64,000 bases of DNA from Malacoraja senta. Taxonomy: Eukaryota. A program made the translations under genes and the position numbers. Shown here in pieces: positions 28,718 through 39,761 of the stretch; the stretch's first letter is position 1; each line of letters opens with the position of its first letter. Location of the stretch: contig CM075993.1 of NCBI GenBank assembly GCA_038087875.1, forward strand, positions 5,892,001-5,956,000, given 5' to 3'. Below the pieces are notes generated by a model. It saw only the letters and a program-made list of their open reading frames with translations. It searched no databases and was not told the DNA's origin.

Positions 28718-28852
28718 GTGGAGAGACTGATCTCGGAGAAAGGCTGGGAGTTTATGTGGAACGAGCATCTGGGCTACATCCTGTCCTGCCCGTCCAACCT
28801 GGGCACTGGACTGCGGGCCGGGGTGCACATGAAACTGCCCATGCTCAGCAAG
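28718..28852 (+). CDS. CKMT1: Mitochondrial creatine kinase, coding exon 7
   Basis: cccag|[45 protein letters not shown]|gtaccg; phosphagen-kinase active-site CPSNLGT; 135 bp. Confidence 0.96.
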
Positions 28853-29559
28853 GTACCGTAACCCCGAGAGGCACCGAGCCTCACCGCACAGCGCACAGAG
28901 GCCATCTCCGCACCCTAGACTGATACAAAGTGGTGGAGTAACTCAGTGGGTCAGGCAGCATCTCTGGAGAAAGATAAAATGTGACGTTTTGGGTCGAGAC
29001 CTTTTCTTCAGACTGAGACTCAGGGGAGAGGGAAACTAGAAGTATGAAAAGGTTCAGAACAAATTAGAGCCGGCACCGATGACCAAGGAAAGGTGGAGCC
29101 CACAATGGTCCATTGTTGACTGTGGAAGGGGTGATAACAAAGGGATATCTGGATGCGAACAGTGGAACTAGCAGGACGACTAGGGTGGGGGAGGGATGGA
29201 GAGAGAGGGAATGCAAGGGTTACTTGAAATTGGAGAAATCAATATTCATACCGCTGGGTTGTAAGCTGCCTGTCTGGTGTTGAAACAGGGGACCCTAACA
29301 CCACTTCTCTGTATCTGACTCACATTTGCCCCTGCCCTGGGAGTGAATGACGGCACACTCGAGAGGAAGATATACTTTGTGTCTTGTCCTAACTTATCAA
29401 ATTGTGCTTCTGATTCTGACGGATTCTGGCAACTTGGCAAATTGAATTTCACTACACCAATTGGTGTATGACAATAAATGAACCTTTGAACCTTTGAGAT
29501 GTTAAATGTTCAGAGCCAAGAGGCACACATCTGCAACTTGTATTATCCAGGGCATGGGA

Positions 29560-30022
29560 GCATGTAATGGATCAATGTGGAGGGAGCTTTACCTTGTGTC
29601 TAGTCGTGCTGTCAATGTCTTGGCAGCGTTCAGTGGGACAGAGTAAAGGGAGCTTCAGTATGTATCTCCCAGTTCGAACCCAACCCAGACTATAGGTTCC
29701 GACACTTACACATTGTATCTAACGCATCCATGCCCTGGGTCTGTTTGCTGGGATAGTGTAGAGGGAGCTTCACTCTGTGTCTAATATGTGCATTCAATGC
29801 CTTGACAGTGTTTTATGGGATGGTGCAGAGGGAGTTTCATTCTGTATCTAACACATCCATGCCCTAGGTTGGTTTGTAGGGACAGTGTAGAGGGAGCTTT
29901 TATCTAACCTCGTCAGTCAATGCCTTGTCAGTGTTTGGCGGGGCAGTATCGATGGAGTTTTTATACTGAGTCTAATGCATCCCTGCACTAGAATTGTTTG
30001 TGAGGCAGTGTCGAGGCAGCTT
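29560..30022. repeat. Degenerate ~59-bp tandem minisatellite (gggacagtgtagagggagcttt..tgtatctaac); related units at ~22370-22500
   Basis: Core agggagcttt/agggagcttc/agggagtttc recurs at ~29581, 29648, 29762, 29828, 29890, 29953. Confidence 0.75.
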
Positions 30023-30094
30023 AAAGGGCCTGTCCCACGAGCACGCGACTGCATGCGGCAAGCACGACCTAACGTGGTCGCTTGAGCCGTGCGG

Positions 30095-30294
30095 NNNNNN
30101 NNNNNNNNNNNNNNNNNNNNNNNNNNNNNNNNNNNNNNNNNNNNNNNNNNNNNNNNNNNNNNNNNNNNNNNNNNNNNNNNNNNNNNNNNNNNNNNNNNNN
30201 NNNNNNNNNNNNNNNNNNNNNNNNNNNNNNNNNNNNNNNNNNNNNNNNNNNNNNNNNNNNNNNNNNNNNNNNNNNNNNNNNNNNNNNNNNNNNN
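30095..30294. other. Assembly gap (200 N)
   Basis: Run of N. The true gap size is unknown. It truncates the GPCR C-terminus and probably hides the CKMT1 3' exons. Confidence 1.
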
Positions 30295-31499
30295 GCTGTA
30301 TCTCCAACGTACCTTGGGTGATGGAGAAGGGAGTTGGGCTCCGTGCGATGTCGGATCTGCTCACGTCCCGGGTCGGACCCCGGCCCGCCCGCCTCAGGGC
30401 CTCCTCCGAGACTGGCTGGGCCTTGAGACCGAACCACAGGCCCAGCAGCTCCCTGGCCTGGCGCCTGATCTGGCGGTTCAGCAAGGCGTAGAGGAGCGGG
30501 TCCAGCACGCAGTTGGTGAAGGTGAGCCAGGTGGCGAGGAAGTCCAGCATCCTGCCCGTGCCGTCCCGGGAGAGCGCGTGGCGGCAGCAGAGGTTGGAGA
30601 TGAAGTACGGCAGCCAGGTGACTAGGAAGGTGGCCACCACCCCAAGGATGGTCTTGGCTGTCTTGGCTTCCATCGCCACGTCCAACGGCCCCGTCCCACT
30701 CAGGTTAAAGTTGGAACTGGAGACATCAGACCTGCCCACATTCGAGGGAAGCTGGCGTGTCTGAATGTCTTGGGCTCCTGGAGTACCAGGGTCCCATTGT
30801 GGTCAGAGGATAGGCTGAGGGGGGAGCGTCGGGCTTTGGCCAAGAGGCGTTGCCTCGTCACTTGGTATATCAAGTAATAGGAGGTGGTCACCACCACCAC
30901 AGATGTCAGGTAGACCCAGATAAAGAGGTAGAGGCCGTAGGCCAGGCTCGAACCTCCGTCTGGCCAACTGTAGTCACACAAACACTTGGAAGGGGAAAAC
31001 CTGTAGAGACCAACGCCAAAGAGTGGGGGCAGTCCACACAGGAGACCGGTCCACCACAGGAAGGCCATCATCCTCTTTGCTCTGGCCCTGGTCACGGTGA
31101 GTATGAAGGGCCGGGCGATCAGGTAGTACCTGTCCACAGCGATGCCCGCCACGCACAGGATGGAGACCAGCCTGAGGGAGAAGGTCAGGAAGCCCGTGAC
31201 CTGGCAGGAGGTCGGGCCAGCGGCCAGGCCCCGGCGACGGTCGCCACGACGACGAAGGGGAGGCCCAGCAGGAGGAGGAGCAGGTCGGCCACGGCCAGGG
31301 ACGCCACGAACATGTTGGCGACGCTCCTCAGAGAGCGCGTCCGGGAGATCAGCGCCAGCACGAGAACATTGAGCGGGAGCCCGAGGACGAGGACGAGCAG
31401 GTAGAGGAACGCCCTGGCGACCGTCTCTACCGGCGACTGCTCTGGTCCAGTGCCGTTGGGTCCTAGACCCCCTGAGGCCCAGGTGGGAAGACCCTCCAT
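30295..31499 (-). CDS. Class A (rhodopsin-like) orphan GPCR, GPR161/GPR101-like; intronless CDS with two 1-nt frameshifts; 3' end runs into the gap
   Basis: gacATGg at 31499; N-terminal NGT sequon; TM1 LGLPLNVLV; TM2 NMFVASLAVADLL; ECL1 WPL(G)PTSC; TM3 IAVDRYY; TM4 W..LPPLFG; ECL2 CLC; TM6 FLVTWLPYF; TM7 WLTFTNCVLDPLLY; helix 8 NRQIRRQ. Stitched from three overlapping ORFs (31185-31577, 30700-31152, 29972-30739). Confidence 0.9.
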
Positions 31500-32877
31500 G
31501 TCACCGGAGCGATGGAGGCCAACCTTTCCCTCGGCTCCTGAATGCCCATTGGGTCTGGGCTTCAGGGTCTCAGTCACTCAGAGGGCGGTGGGTGCATGGA
31601 ATGAGGGAGTTCAGACAGGTGCTGTAACGTGTTTAAAAGACACTAGGACATGGATGGGAAAGGTTTAGAGAGATATGGGCCAAACACGGGCAAATGGGAC
31701 TAGCATCGTGCTAGTAGGGCAGCATGGTGGAGCAGTGGTAGAGTTGCAACACCAGGGACCCACTTTCAATCCTAACTGCTGGTGCTGTCTATACGGAGTT
31801 TGTATGTTCTCCCATGACCTATGTGAGGTTTCCTCCGGGTGCTCTGGTTTCCTCCCGCACTCCAAAGATCTACAGGGTTGTAGGCTAATTGGCTTGGTAA
31901 AATTGTCACTAGTGTGTGTAGGATAGTGTTAGTGTGTGTGGATCGCAGTTCGCCCGGGACTCGGTGGGCTGAAGGGCCTGTTTCCGTGCTATCTCCAAGC
32001 TAAACTAAACATAGATGGGACATCTTGGTTGGCATGGACGAATTATGCTGAAGGTTCTGTTTCCACACTGGATAACGATATCAGTCCTCCGTTAGGTTTA
32101 ACCCTTTGATGTCTGGTGATTCCTCCACATGGCTACAATGGTAAGGCCTTGACTCCAGGATTTCCCACTGACACCGTGGTCTATCGACACTGGCCGGCCC
32201 TCTTAGTGTTGGGGTCACCTGGAAACAAAAAAGAAACGCAGCACACTTTAGTACTTTAGAGATACAGCGTAGAGAAACAGGCCCTTCGGCCCACCAAGTC
32301 AATGCTGAGCAGTGAGTACCCTGTACACTAACACTATCCTACACATTAGGGACAATTTGCAATGAACAGAAGCCAATGAACCTGCAGACCTGCACGTCTT
32401 TGGAGTGTGGGGGGAAACCGGAGCACCCGGAGAAAACCCACGCAGTCTCTGAGAGAATGTACAAACTCTGTACCAACAGCAGCCGAGGTCAGGATCGAAC
32501 CTGGGTCTCTGGCGCTGTGAGGCAGCAACTCTACCGCTGCGCCTTAGAAACTTGGTAATTATTACCGTGACTGTGACTGTGCGTGAGTGAGTGCATTATC
32601 ACATTGCAGAAGGTGGACAAAAATGCAAAAAACGTTTCTCCAGCATTTTTGTCTACCTTTGATTTTCCAGCATCTGCAGTTCCTTCCTAATCACATTGAA
32701 GAGGTTGTCTCCACGCTGCAATTTCGGGGCATTTCTGGATCGAGCTTTACGTGATAGATTTGTATGTGGATTGTTGGATGATCAGAATTACTGAACACAC
32801 CAAGCCCTCACCATTGATCCAGAGTTAACGTCACAGGTGGATGACGTTAAGATTCAACATTCAAGATTCAATTTAAT

Positions 32878-33410
32878 TGGAAGGACATTATTGCCATAGA
32901 GGGAGTGCAGAGAAGGTTCACCAGACTGATTCCTGGGATGTCAGGACTGTCTTATGAAGAAAGACTGGATAGACTTGGTTTATACTCTCTAGAATTTAGG
33001 AGATTGAGAGGGGATCTTATAGAAACTTACAAAATTCTTAAGGGGTTGGACAGGCTAGATGCAGGAAGATTGCTCCCGATGTTGGGGAAGTCCAGGACAA
33101 GGGGTCACAGCTTAAGGATAAGGGGGAAATCCTTTAAAACCGAGATGAGAAGAACTTTTTTCACACAGAGAGTGGGTGCATCTCTGGAACTCTCTGCCAC
33201 AGAGGGTAGTTGAGGCCAGTTCATTGGCTATATTAAGAGGGAGCTAGATGTGGCCCTTGTGGCTAAAGGGATCAGGGGGTATGGAGAGAAGGCAGGTACG
33301 GGATACTGAGTTGGATGATCAGCCATGATCATATTGAATGGCGGTGCAGGCTCGAAGGGCCGAATGGCCTACTCCTGCACCTAATTTCTATGTTTCTATG
33401 TTTCTATGTC
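32878..33410 (+). mobile_element. CR1 LINE 3' end
   Basis: VQRRFTRLIPGMSGLSYEERLDRLGLYSLEFRRLRGDLIETYK; tail (tttctatg)n. Confidence 0.93.
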
Positions 33411-34500
33411 ACATGTACCAATTAAGGTGGAGTGAAATTTGAGTTACCATACAGCCATACCAAGTGAAAAGCGAAATACACACAGCTCATAAAATAAACA
33501 TTAACATAAACATCCGCCACAGTGGAATCAACATTCCTCACTGTCACTCTGTTGGTTTACAAACACTGCAGCAGGCAAGGGCCGTTTTGCACAGACATGT
33601 TATCAAAATCCACAAAAATCCACTCTCAAGATAATCAAAATCATTATTTTTTGCACAATGTCATAAGACATCTACATTATCTATATTTTGTGTAATTGTC
33701 TATCCATGATCAATATTTTCATACTAAATATCTGACTAAAAACTATGTGCTGTGGAAGTTTTTAGTCAGATATTTACTATGAAAATATTGATCATGGATA
33801 GACAATGGATGACTATGATGGAAGGCAATAAAGTTCAATCATCTTCCTCCTTTGTTCACCCGTGGTCGGGGCCTTGAACTCTCAGTACTTGTCGTTGCCG
33901 ACAGCCGCAGTTCAAGCCCGAAATGTGCCATGGAATCATTTAAATCTACCTGGATTTTTAGACCCACGTACCTGACCTTCCATCTACCTCACTGGAGACC
34001 TTTCAACCATCTTTAATCAGACTTTAATGTTATATCTTGCACGAAACGCTGTACCCTTTATCTGTGCACTGTGGATCACCTGAGTGTAATCATATACGGT
34101 CTTTTCTTTGACTGGATAGCATGCAATCAAATGCTTTTCACCGTGACAATAAGAAAACTAAACTATCTCAGGATTTCTAACCCCTGCCCTTTAGGCTCAA
34201 TTAATTCGTTTTTGTAGTGCAGAACACAAAATGCTGGAGTAACTCAGCGGGACAGGCAACAAAGGCTGACTTATTCCAGCACTGTGTGTTCAATGCAAGG
34301 TTCCAGCATCTGCAGTTCCTTTGTGCAGGAAAGAACCGTAGATGCTGGTTTAAATCGAAGGTAGACACAAATGCTGGAGTAACTCAGCGGGACAGGCAGC
34401 GTCTCTGGAGAAAAGGGATGGGTGAGGTTTTCGGGTCGAGACCCTTCTTCAGGCTGATCCTTGTGCACCTATTTTTAAAGTGTTGATACTTTAACATATC

Positions 34501-34775
34501 GGGCGGCACGGTGGCGCAGCGGTAGAGATGCTGCCTTACAGCGCCAGAGACCCTTGTTCGATCCTGACTACGGGTGCTTGTCTGTACGTTCTCCCCATGA
34601 CCTGCGTGGGTTTTCTCCGAGATCCTGGGTTTCCTCCCACACTCAAAGACGTACAGGTTTGTAGGTTAATTGGCTCGGTAAATGTAAACGTAAATTGTCC
34701 CTGATGTGGTAGGGATAGAGTTAATGTGCGGGGATCACTGGTCGGCGCGGACTCAGTGGGATGTATCTCTAAACA
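34501..34775 (+). mobile_element. tRNA-derived V-SINE (HE1-type); representative of about 20 copies
   Basis: A box TGGCGCAGCGG, B box GTTCGATCC, V-domain core (gttctccccgtgac..gggttttctcc..gtttcctcccacactccaaagac), LINE-like tail. Other copies at ~6314, 11542, 14682, 17600(-), 19020(-), 24820(-), 25280, 26415, 31717, 32255(-), 43000, 47520(-), 51567, 52759, 54840(-), 55626, 57440(-), 58490, 62485. Confidence 0.9.
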
Positions 34776-34816
34776 AAAAACCTCACCCCCAATAGCACTG
34801 TAACCTCTCCCCCTCA

Positions 34817-35706
34817 AGAGAGGAGGGGAGTGAAGAAGAGGGGAGGGGAGGAGGGGAGGGGAGGGGAGGGAGGGGAGGGGAGGGAGGGGAAGGGAGGGGA
34901 GTGGAGGAGTGGGGAGAGGGGGGAGGGGAGGGGAGAGGAGGGGAGGGGAGGGGACAGGAGGAAGGAGAGGGGAGAGGAGGGGAGGGAGGAAGGAGAGGGA
35001 GAGGAGAGGAGGGGAGGGGAGGGAGAGGGGAGGGAGGGAGGGAGGGAGGGGAAAGGAGGGGAAGGGGAGGGAAGGAGAGGGGGAGAGGAGGGGACAGGAG
35101 GAAGGAGAGGGGAGGGGAAGGGAAGAAGGGAGAGGGGAGAGGATGGGAGGGGAAGGGTGTGGAGGAGTGGGGAGAGGAGGGGAGGGGAGGGGAGAGGAGG
35201 GGAAGGGAGGGAGGGAGGAAGGAGGAAGAGGAGGGAGGATAGGGAGGGGAGGAGGAGAGGGGAGAGGAGGGGAGGGGAGGGGAGGGGAGGGGAGGGGAGG
35301 GGAGGGGAGGGGAGGGGGAGGGGAGGAGGGGTGGAGGAGTGGGGAGAGGGAGGGAGGGGAGGGAGGGGAGGGGAAGGGAGGGGAGTGGAGGAGTGGGGAG
35401 AGGAGGGGAGGGGAGAGGAGGGGAGGGAGGAAGGAGAGGGGAGAGGAGGGAGAGGGGAGGGAGGAAGGAGAGGGGAGGGGGAGGGGAGGGGAGGGAGGGG
35501 AGGGGAGGGAGGGGAGGGAGGGGAGGGGGATGAAGGAGAGGGGAGTGGAGGAGTGGGGAGAGGAGGGGAGGGAGGGGAAGGGAGGGGAGTGGAGGGGAGG
35601 GGAGAGGATGGGATGGGTTGGGAAGGGAGGGGAGGGGTGAGGAGGGAGGGGAGGGAGGGGAGGGGTGAGGAGGGAGGGGAGGGGAGGGGAGGGGATGGGA
35701 GGGGGT
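34817..35706. repeat. Polypurine (GGGGA/GGA)n tract
   Basis: Directly visible. Confidence 0.98.
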
Positions 35707-36530
35707 GAATTGTCAGCCAGAAGTAAATGAAGAGGTATATCAAACCATGACTTCCCGTCTAAGGGCAAGAGGCTAACAGGGTGAAGGGAACCAACTCATC
35801 CAAACCAGCCCAACACGATGACTTCATGGGCAAGCCACCAGGTCTCGGTCTTTAGAAGAAACTAAATTGGGAAAATTTGGTCCTAAACACCTCTGTGTCC
35901 TTGTGAATCAATGACAATCCCTCTTTTATTTCAAACACATACTTGCCCGAGAAAAGCTAAAGCCGGGCAAGTTAACACATGTTGCTCAACAGAAAATCTT
36001 ACATCACCTTGAGAAGAGAGAACAGCCCGACTATTGTTAACTCTAGTGTAGGGAAGGAACTTCAGATGCTGGTTTCAAACCGAATGCAGACACAAATAGC
36101 TGGGAGTAACTCAGCGGGTCAGGCAGCATCTCTGGGGAGAAGGAATGGGTGAAGGTTCGGGTTACATCAATCTCTGGTTTCTGGTTCTCTTTCCCTGACT
36201 CTCAGTCTAATGCCCTGTCTCACGGTGCGAGTCCATCCACGAGTGATCCGAGTTTAAAACAAATCAAACACGTAGAATTAACGTAGCAGGGGACGTCGGA
36301 ACTCTGAACGCCAACGGCAGGTACTCGGAAACTGTTAACTTGTGAAATCTTTCACACGATGAAAGATTTTCCACGAGTCAAATTGACTCTTGAAGTAAAC
36401 ATTTTCAACTTTAAAACTCGTTGTACGAACGTAAGTAGCCCGTGAGTTTACCGCAGTGACTCGTGAGTCTACCGTGGGCACTCTTTAACTCACCGGACAG
36501 GCAGATCCTATGCTCGCTGTTCGGATTTTT

Positions 36531-36565
36531 GGTCTGAAGAAGGGCCCCGACCCGAAACGTCACCC
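36531..36565 (+). ncRNA. Minimal hammerhead-ribozyme-like motif in the Penelope-derived repeat (representative copy)
   Basis: ggt-CTGAAGA-a-GGGcccc gaCCC-GAAAC-GTC-acc: both conserved core boxes, a stem II hairpin, palindromic ACGT stem III, GUC triplet and ggt/acc stem I. Confidence 0.6.
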
Positions 36566-38274
36566 ATTCCTTCTCTCCAGAGATGCTGCCAGTTACTCTA
36601 GTTATTTGTGTCTATATTAAGTTAACTTTGTGACCTTACCAGTCCTGCTCCACAGCCCCTGGTGCGAGTATTCCCCGGTGTGGGGAGTTTGTGGCCCCGA
36701 TCACAGGTCGGGGCAGTTTTTGACCCGGGCTTCGCCGCTGGTGATCTGTCCTCTGAGAGGGAGCGCTGTTCCTGGGGTTGGTGGTCCCTGGGGTGACATT
36801 CCTCCCCTACTGCTGAGGAAGCAGACCGTTTCCTGTTTCTGTCCCGTGTTCCTTTGTCCAATCCCTTTGGCATTCCCGCCTCCAGTCTGTGCACATTGTC
36901 AGAGCTGGGATAATGGGATGACAAACGTGGATCACCAGGCTTAAGAACAGCTTGTTTCAGAAGGAACTGCAGATGCTGGAAATCGAAGGTAGACTAAAAA
37001 TGCTGGAGAAACTCAGCGGGCGAGGCAGCATCTATGGAGCGAAAGGAATGGGTGATGTTTCCTATTTCCTTCGCTCCATAGATGAGTTGGTTCCCTTCAC
37101 CCTGTTAGCCTCTTGTCCATAGATGCTGCCTCGCCCGCTGAGTTTCTCAGCATTTTTGTCTACCTTCAAGAACAGCTTCTTACCCACAACCAGCAAGCTG
37201 CCCAACACTACCTCAGCTGTGAACCATGCACTGATTCACTTACTGATCTTTTCTTTTGTGTTTATTATATATTATTTTTTGGTGAATTGTGTTTAGTTTA
37301 TTGTCACGTGTGCCGAGGTACAGTGGAAGGCTTCGGTTGGTGTGCTAACCAGTCAGCGGAAAAAGACAATCACAAAATGCTGGAGTAACTCAGCGGGACA
37401 GTCAGCGTCTCTGGAGAGAAGGAATGGGTGACGTGGATAAATCCGTGGATATATCCGTGGATATATCGTAACGGCTCGTTATGCCAGCCGTGGGTACTCG
37501 GGGCATCAGGTAAGTCGGGGCGTTTTTTCCAGCGTGATGAAAAATGTCCACGAGTTTTAAAAAATAGCCCCGAGTACCTACGGCTGGCACAACGAGCCGC
37601 TACGATATATTCCACGGCCTCCTACGGCCTCGTTACGAACATTCTGCGAGTTTGAAAACTCGGGGGAATTCGCGAATAACTCGGGGAGAGTGGGACAGGC
37701 CCTTAATGGAGTGGAGAAAACCAGCGAGCAAAGAGAGAACAGGATGGAGAAACTAATGGAACAGCAGAGATGAGCTAGAGGGAGATCAGAGATCAGTGCG
37801 GTGCAGATGATCAGTGCAGGGGACCCGGCAACAAGAAGGCAGTGGAAGAGGCGAGCCATGATCACAATGAATGGCGGTGCTGGCTCGAAGGCCGAATGGC
37901 CTCCTCCTGCACTGATGTATACTTTCTATGTTTCTATGAAAGGAGAAATGAGAGGGTTAAGTTTCCGAGCTCTATTTCCTTGTTGCATTGCACATTGTCT
38001 TAAGGCAGTTCCGCTAATTGTTTTTATTAATCCATTGAGGGAGGGGGGTGGGGGCAGCCCAGCAACACGAGTTATTTCAAAGCAAATCTGAACAAGCCTC
38101 TTTCAACTTCCCCCAACTTTTAATTATAAAGAGAACATTCAAAGCATTTCATTCTGAGGTCAGATTCCAGGCTTGAAACAAGCAACTTCTCTGGGTAGCG
38201 TGAATGAGGAAGTGGTGGGGGAGAAGGAGACTGGGCTTCATGCTTACACCCACCACATGCACGGTTGAACAACT

Positions 38275-38343
38275 GAGAAGAGAAGAGAGAGGGAGAGAGG
38301 GGAGAGAGCGGAGAGAGAGGAGAGAGAGGAAGAGAGGAGAGAG

Positions 38344-38377
<34 letters not shown>

Positions 38378-38571
38378 GGGAGAGAGAGGAGAGAGGGGAG
38401 AGGAGAGGGGGGAGAGAGAGAGGAGAGAGAGAGAGAGAGAGAGAGGAGAGAGGAGAGAGAGAGAGGAGAGAGGGAGAGAGGGGAGAGAGGGGAGAGAGGG
38501 AGAGAGAGGGAGAGAGGGAGAGGAGAGGGGGGAGAGAGAGAGGAGAGGGAGAGAAGAGAGAGAGAGAGAGA

Positions 38572-38639
<68 letters not shown>

Positions 38640-38676
38640 GGAGAGAGGGAGAGAGGGAGAGAGGGAGAGAGGGAGA

Positions 38677-38765
<89 letters not shown>

Positions 38766-38996
38766 GGAGAGAGGGAGAGAGGGAGAGAGAGAGAGAGGGA
38801 GGAGGAGAGGGAAAGAGGGGAGATTCTTTCATGGAATGTGTGTGCATGTTGTGTGCACCACAGAAACACTGTGTGTGTGTGTGTGTGCGTGTGCAGGTGC
38901 ATGGTGTGCGTGTGCGTGTGCGTGTGCGTGTGCGTGTGCATGTGCGTGTGTGTGCGTGCGGGTGCGTGTGCATGTGCGTGTGCGTGTGTGTGTGTG
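38275..38996. repeat. (GA)n polypurine tract followed by (GT)/(GC) repeats
   Basis: Directly visible. Confidence 0.98.
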
Positions 38997-39533
38997 CCTC
39001 TACAGTGCATTCTGAAAGTGTTCAGACCACTTCACTTTTTCCACAGGGGTCTGAATACTTTCTGAATGCAAGTTCAAGTTCAAATTTAATGCACTATATG
39101 TTCCCCCTCCCCCCCCCCCCCCCCCCCCTCTCTCTCTCTGTCTGCTGTGCTTTGCATGCCTGCAATGCTCACAGTTGTTTACCAGCCCCGAGCCTCTCCC
39201 GAGTGTATTTCTGAGCTCTGGGATGAGCCCTGCCTCCCATCAGAGAGAGCTGTTTGCTTCCAGTATTTCCTGTGGGAAGTCGGGTGCTTGCATCAGTAAA
39301 CATCCTGGCCCAAGCCTGTTGTGGTGGGTTCCCTTCCCCTCCTGCGGCGTAAACAGAGCCCTCCAAACCTCTCCTCTCCACGTGCCTGAAGTTCCCACAG
39401 TCCTCTCAGCAAACACCCATCAAACCATGGTTGGATAAAATCAATCACCACTCATGTCTTGTCTAAAGATAAACAAAAAAATGCTGCAGTAACTCAGCAG
39501 GTCAGGCAGCATCTCTGGAGAAAAGGGATAGGT

Positions 39534-39761
39534 TGTAATGGCGCCTGTTGGCGTACGCAGAGGTCGTACCTGGCGTTCGGAAGCCGCAGTCACGTGCCTC
39601 GGCAGGGGCCGCTTGTTTCGCACGGTTTTTCACTTGCGCGCGTTAGTTCAGCGCTGACCACCGCTGTGGGCAGACGTGTCTGTAGAACCTGTATACTGGA
39701 TATCGAGCTTGTGAATAAAGATCTGTTGGAAACCCCAGTTGTCGTTCTTCAGACCGCCAAA
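39534..39761 (+). mobile_element. Probable solo LTR (Gypsy-like)
   Basis: Starts TGTA, contains AATAAA near its 3' end, is flanked by a 4-bp duplication AGGT, and interrupts the Penelope-tail motif ggataggtgacg; the 3' CA is not preserved. Confidence 0.55.

Noticed and set aside
29560..30022. CRISPR-like periodic array
   Set aside because: Eukaryotic context; whole units are degenerate tandem copies, with no unique spacers or cas genes.
30295..31499. Calling the GPCR an opsin, an aminergic receptor, or GPR161 itself
   Set aside because: No Lys at 7.43 and no Asp at 3.32; it is intronless and too divergent to be assigned the GPR161 symbol without a phylogeny.
34501..34580. tRNA genes
   Set aside because: A/B-box heads continue into the V-SINE body and do not form a complete cloverleaf.
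34536..35768. 410-aa Pro-rich and Gly/Arg/Glu-rich ORFs
   Set aside because: Polypurine low-complexity tract; the same applies to 38120-39214 and 42221-42702.
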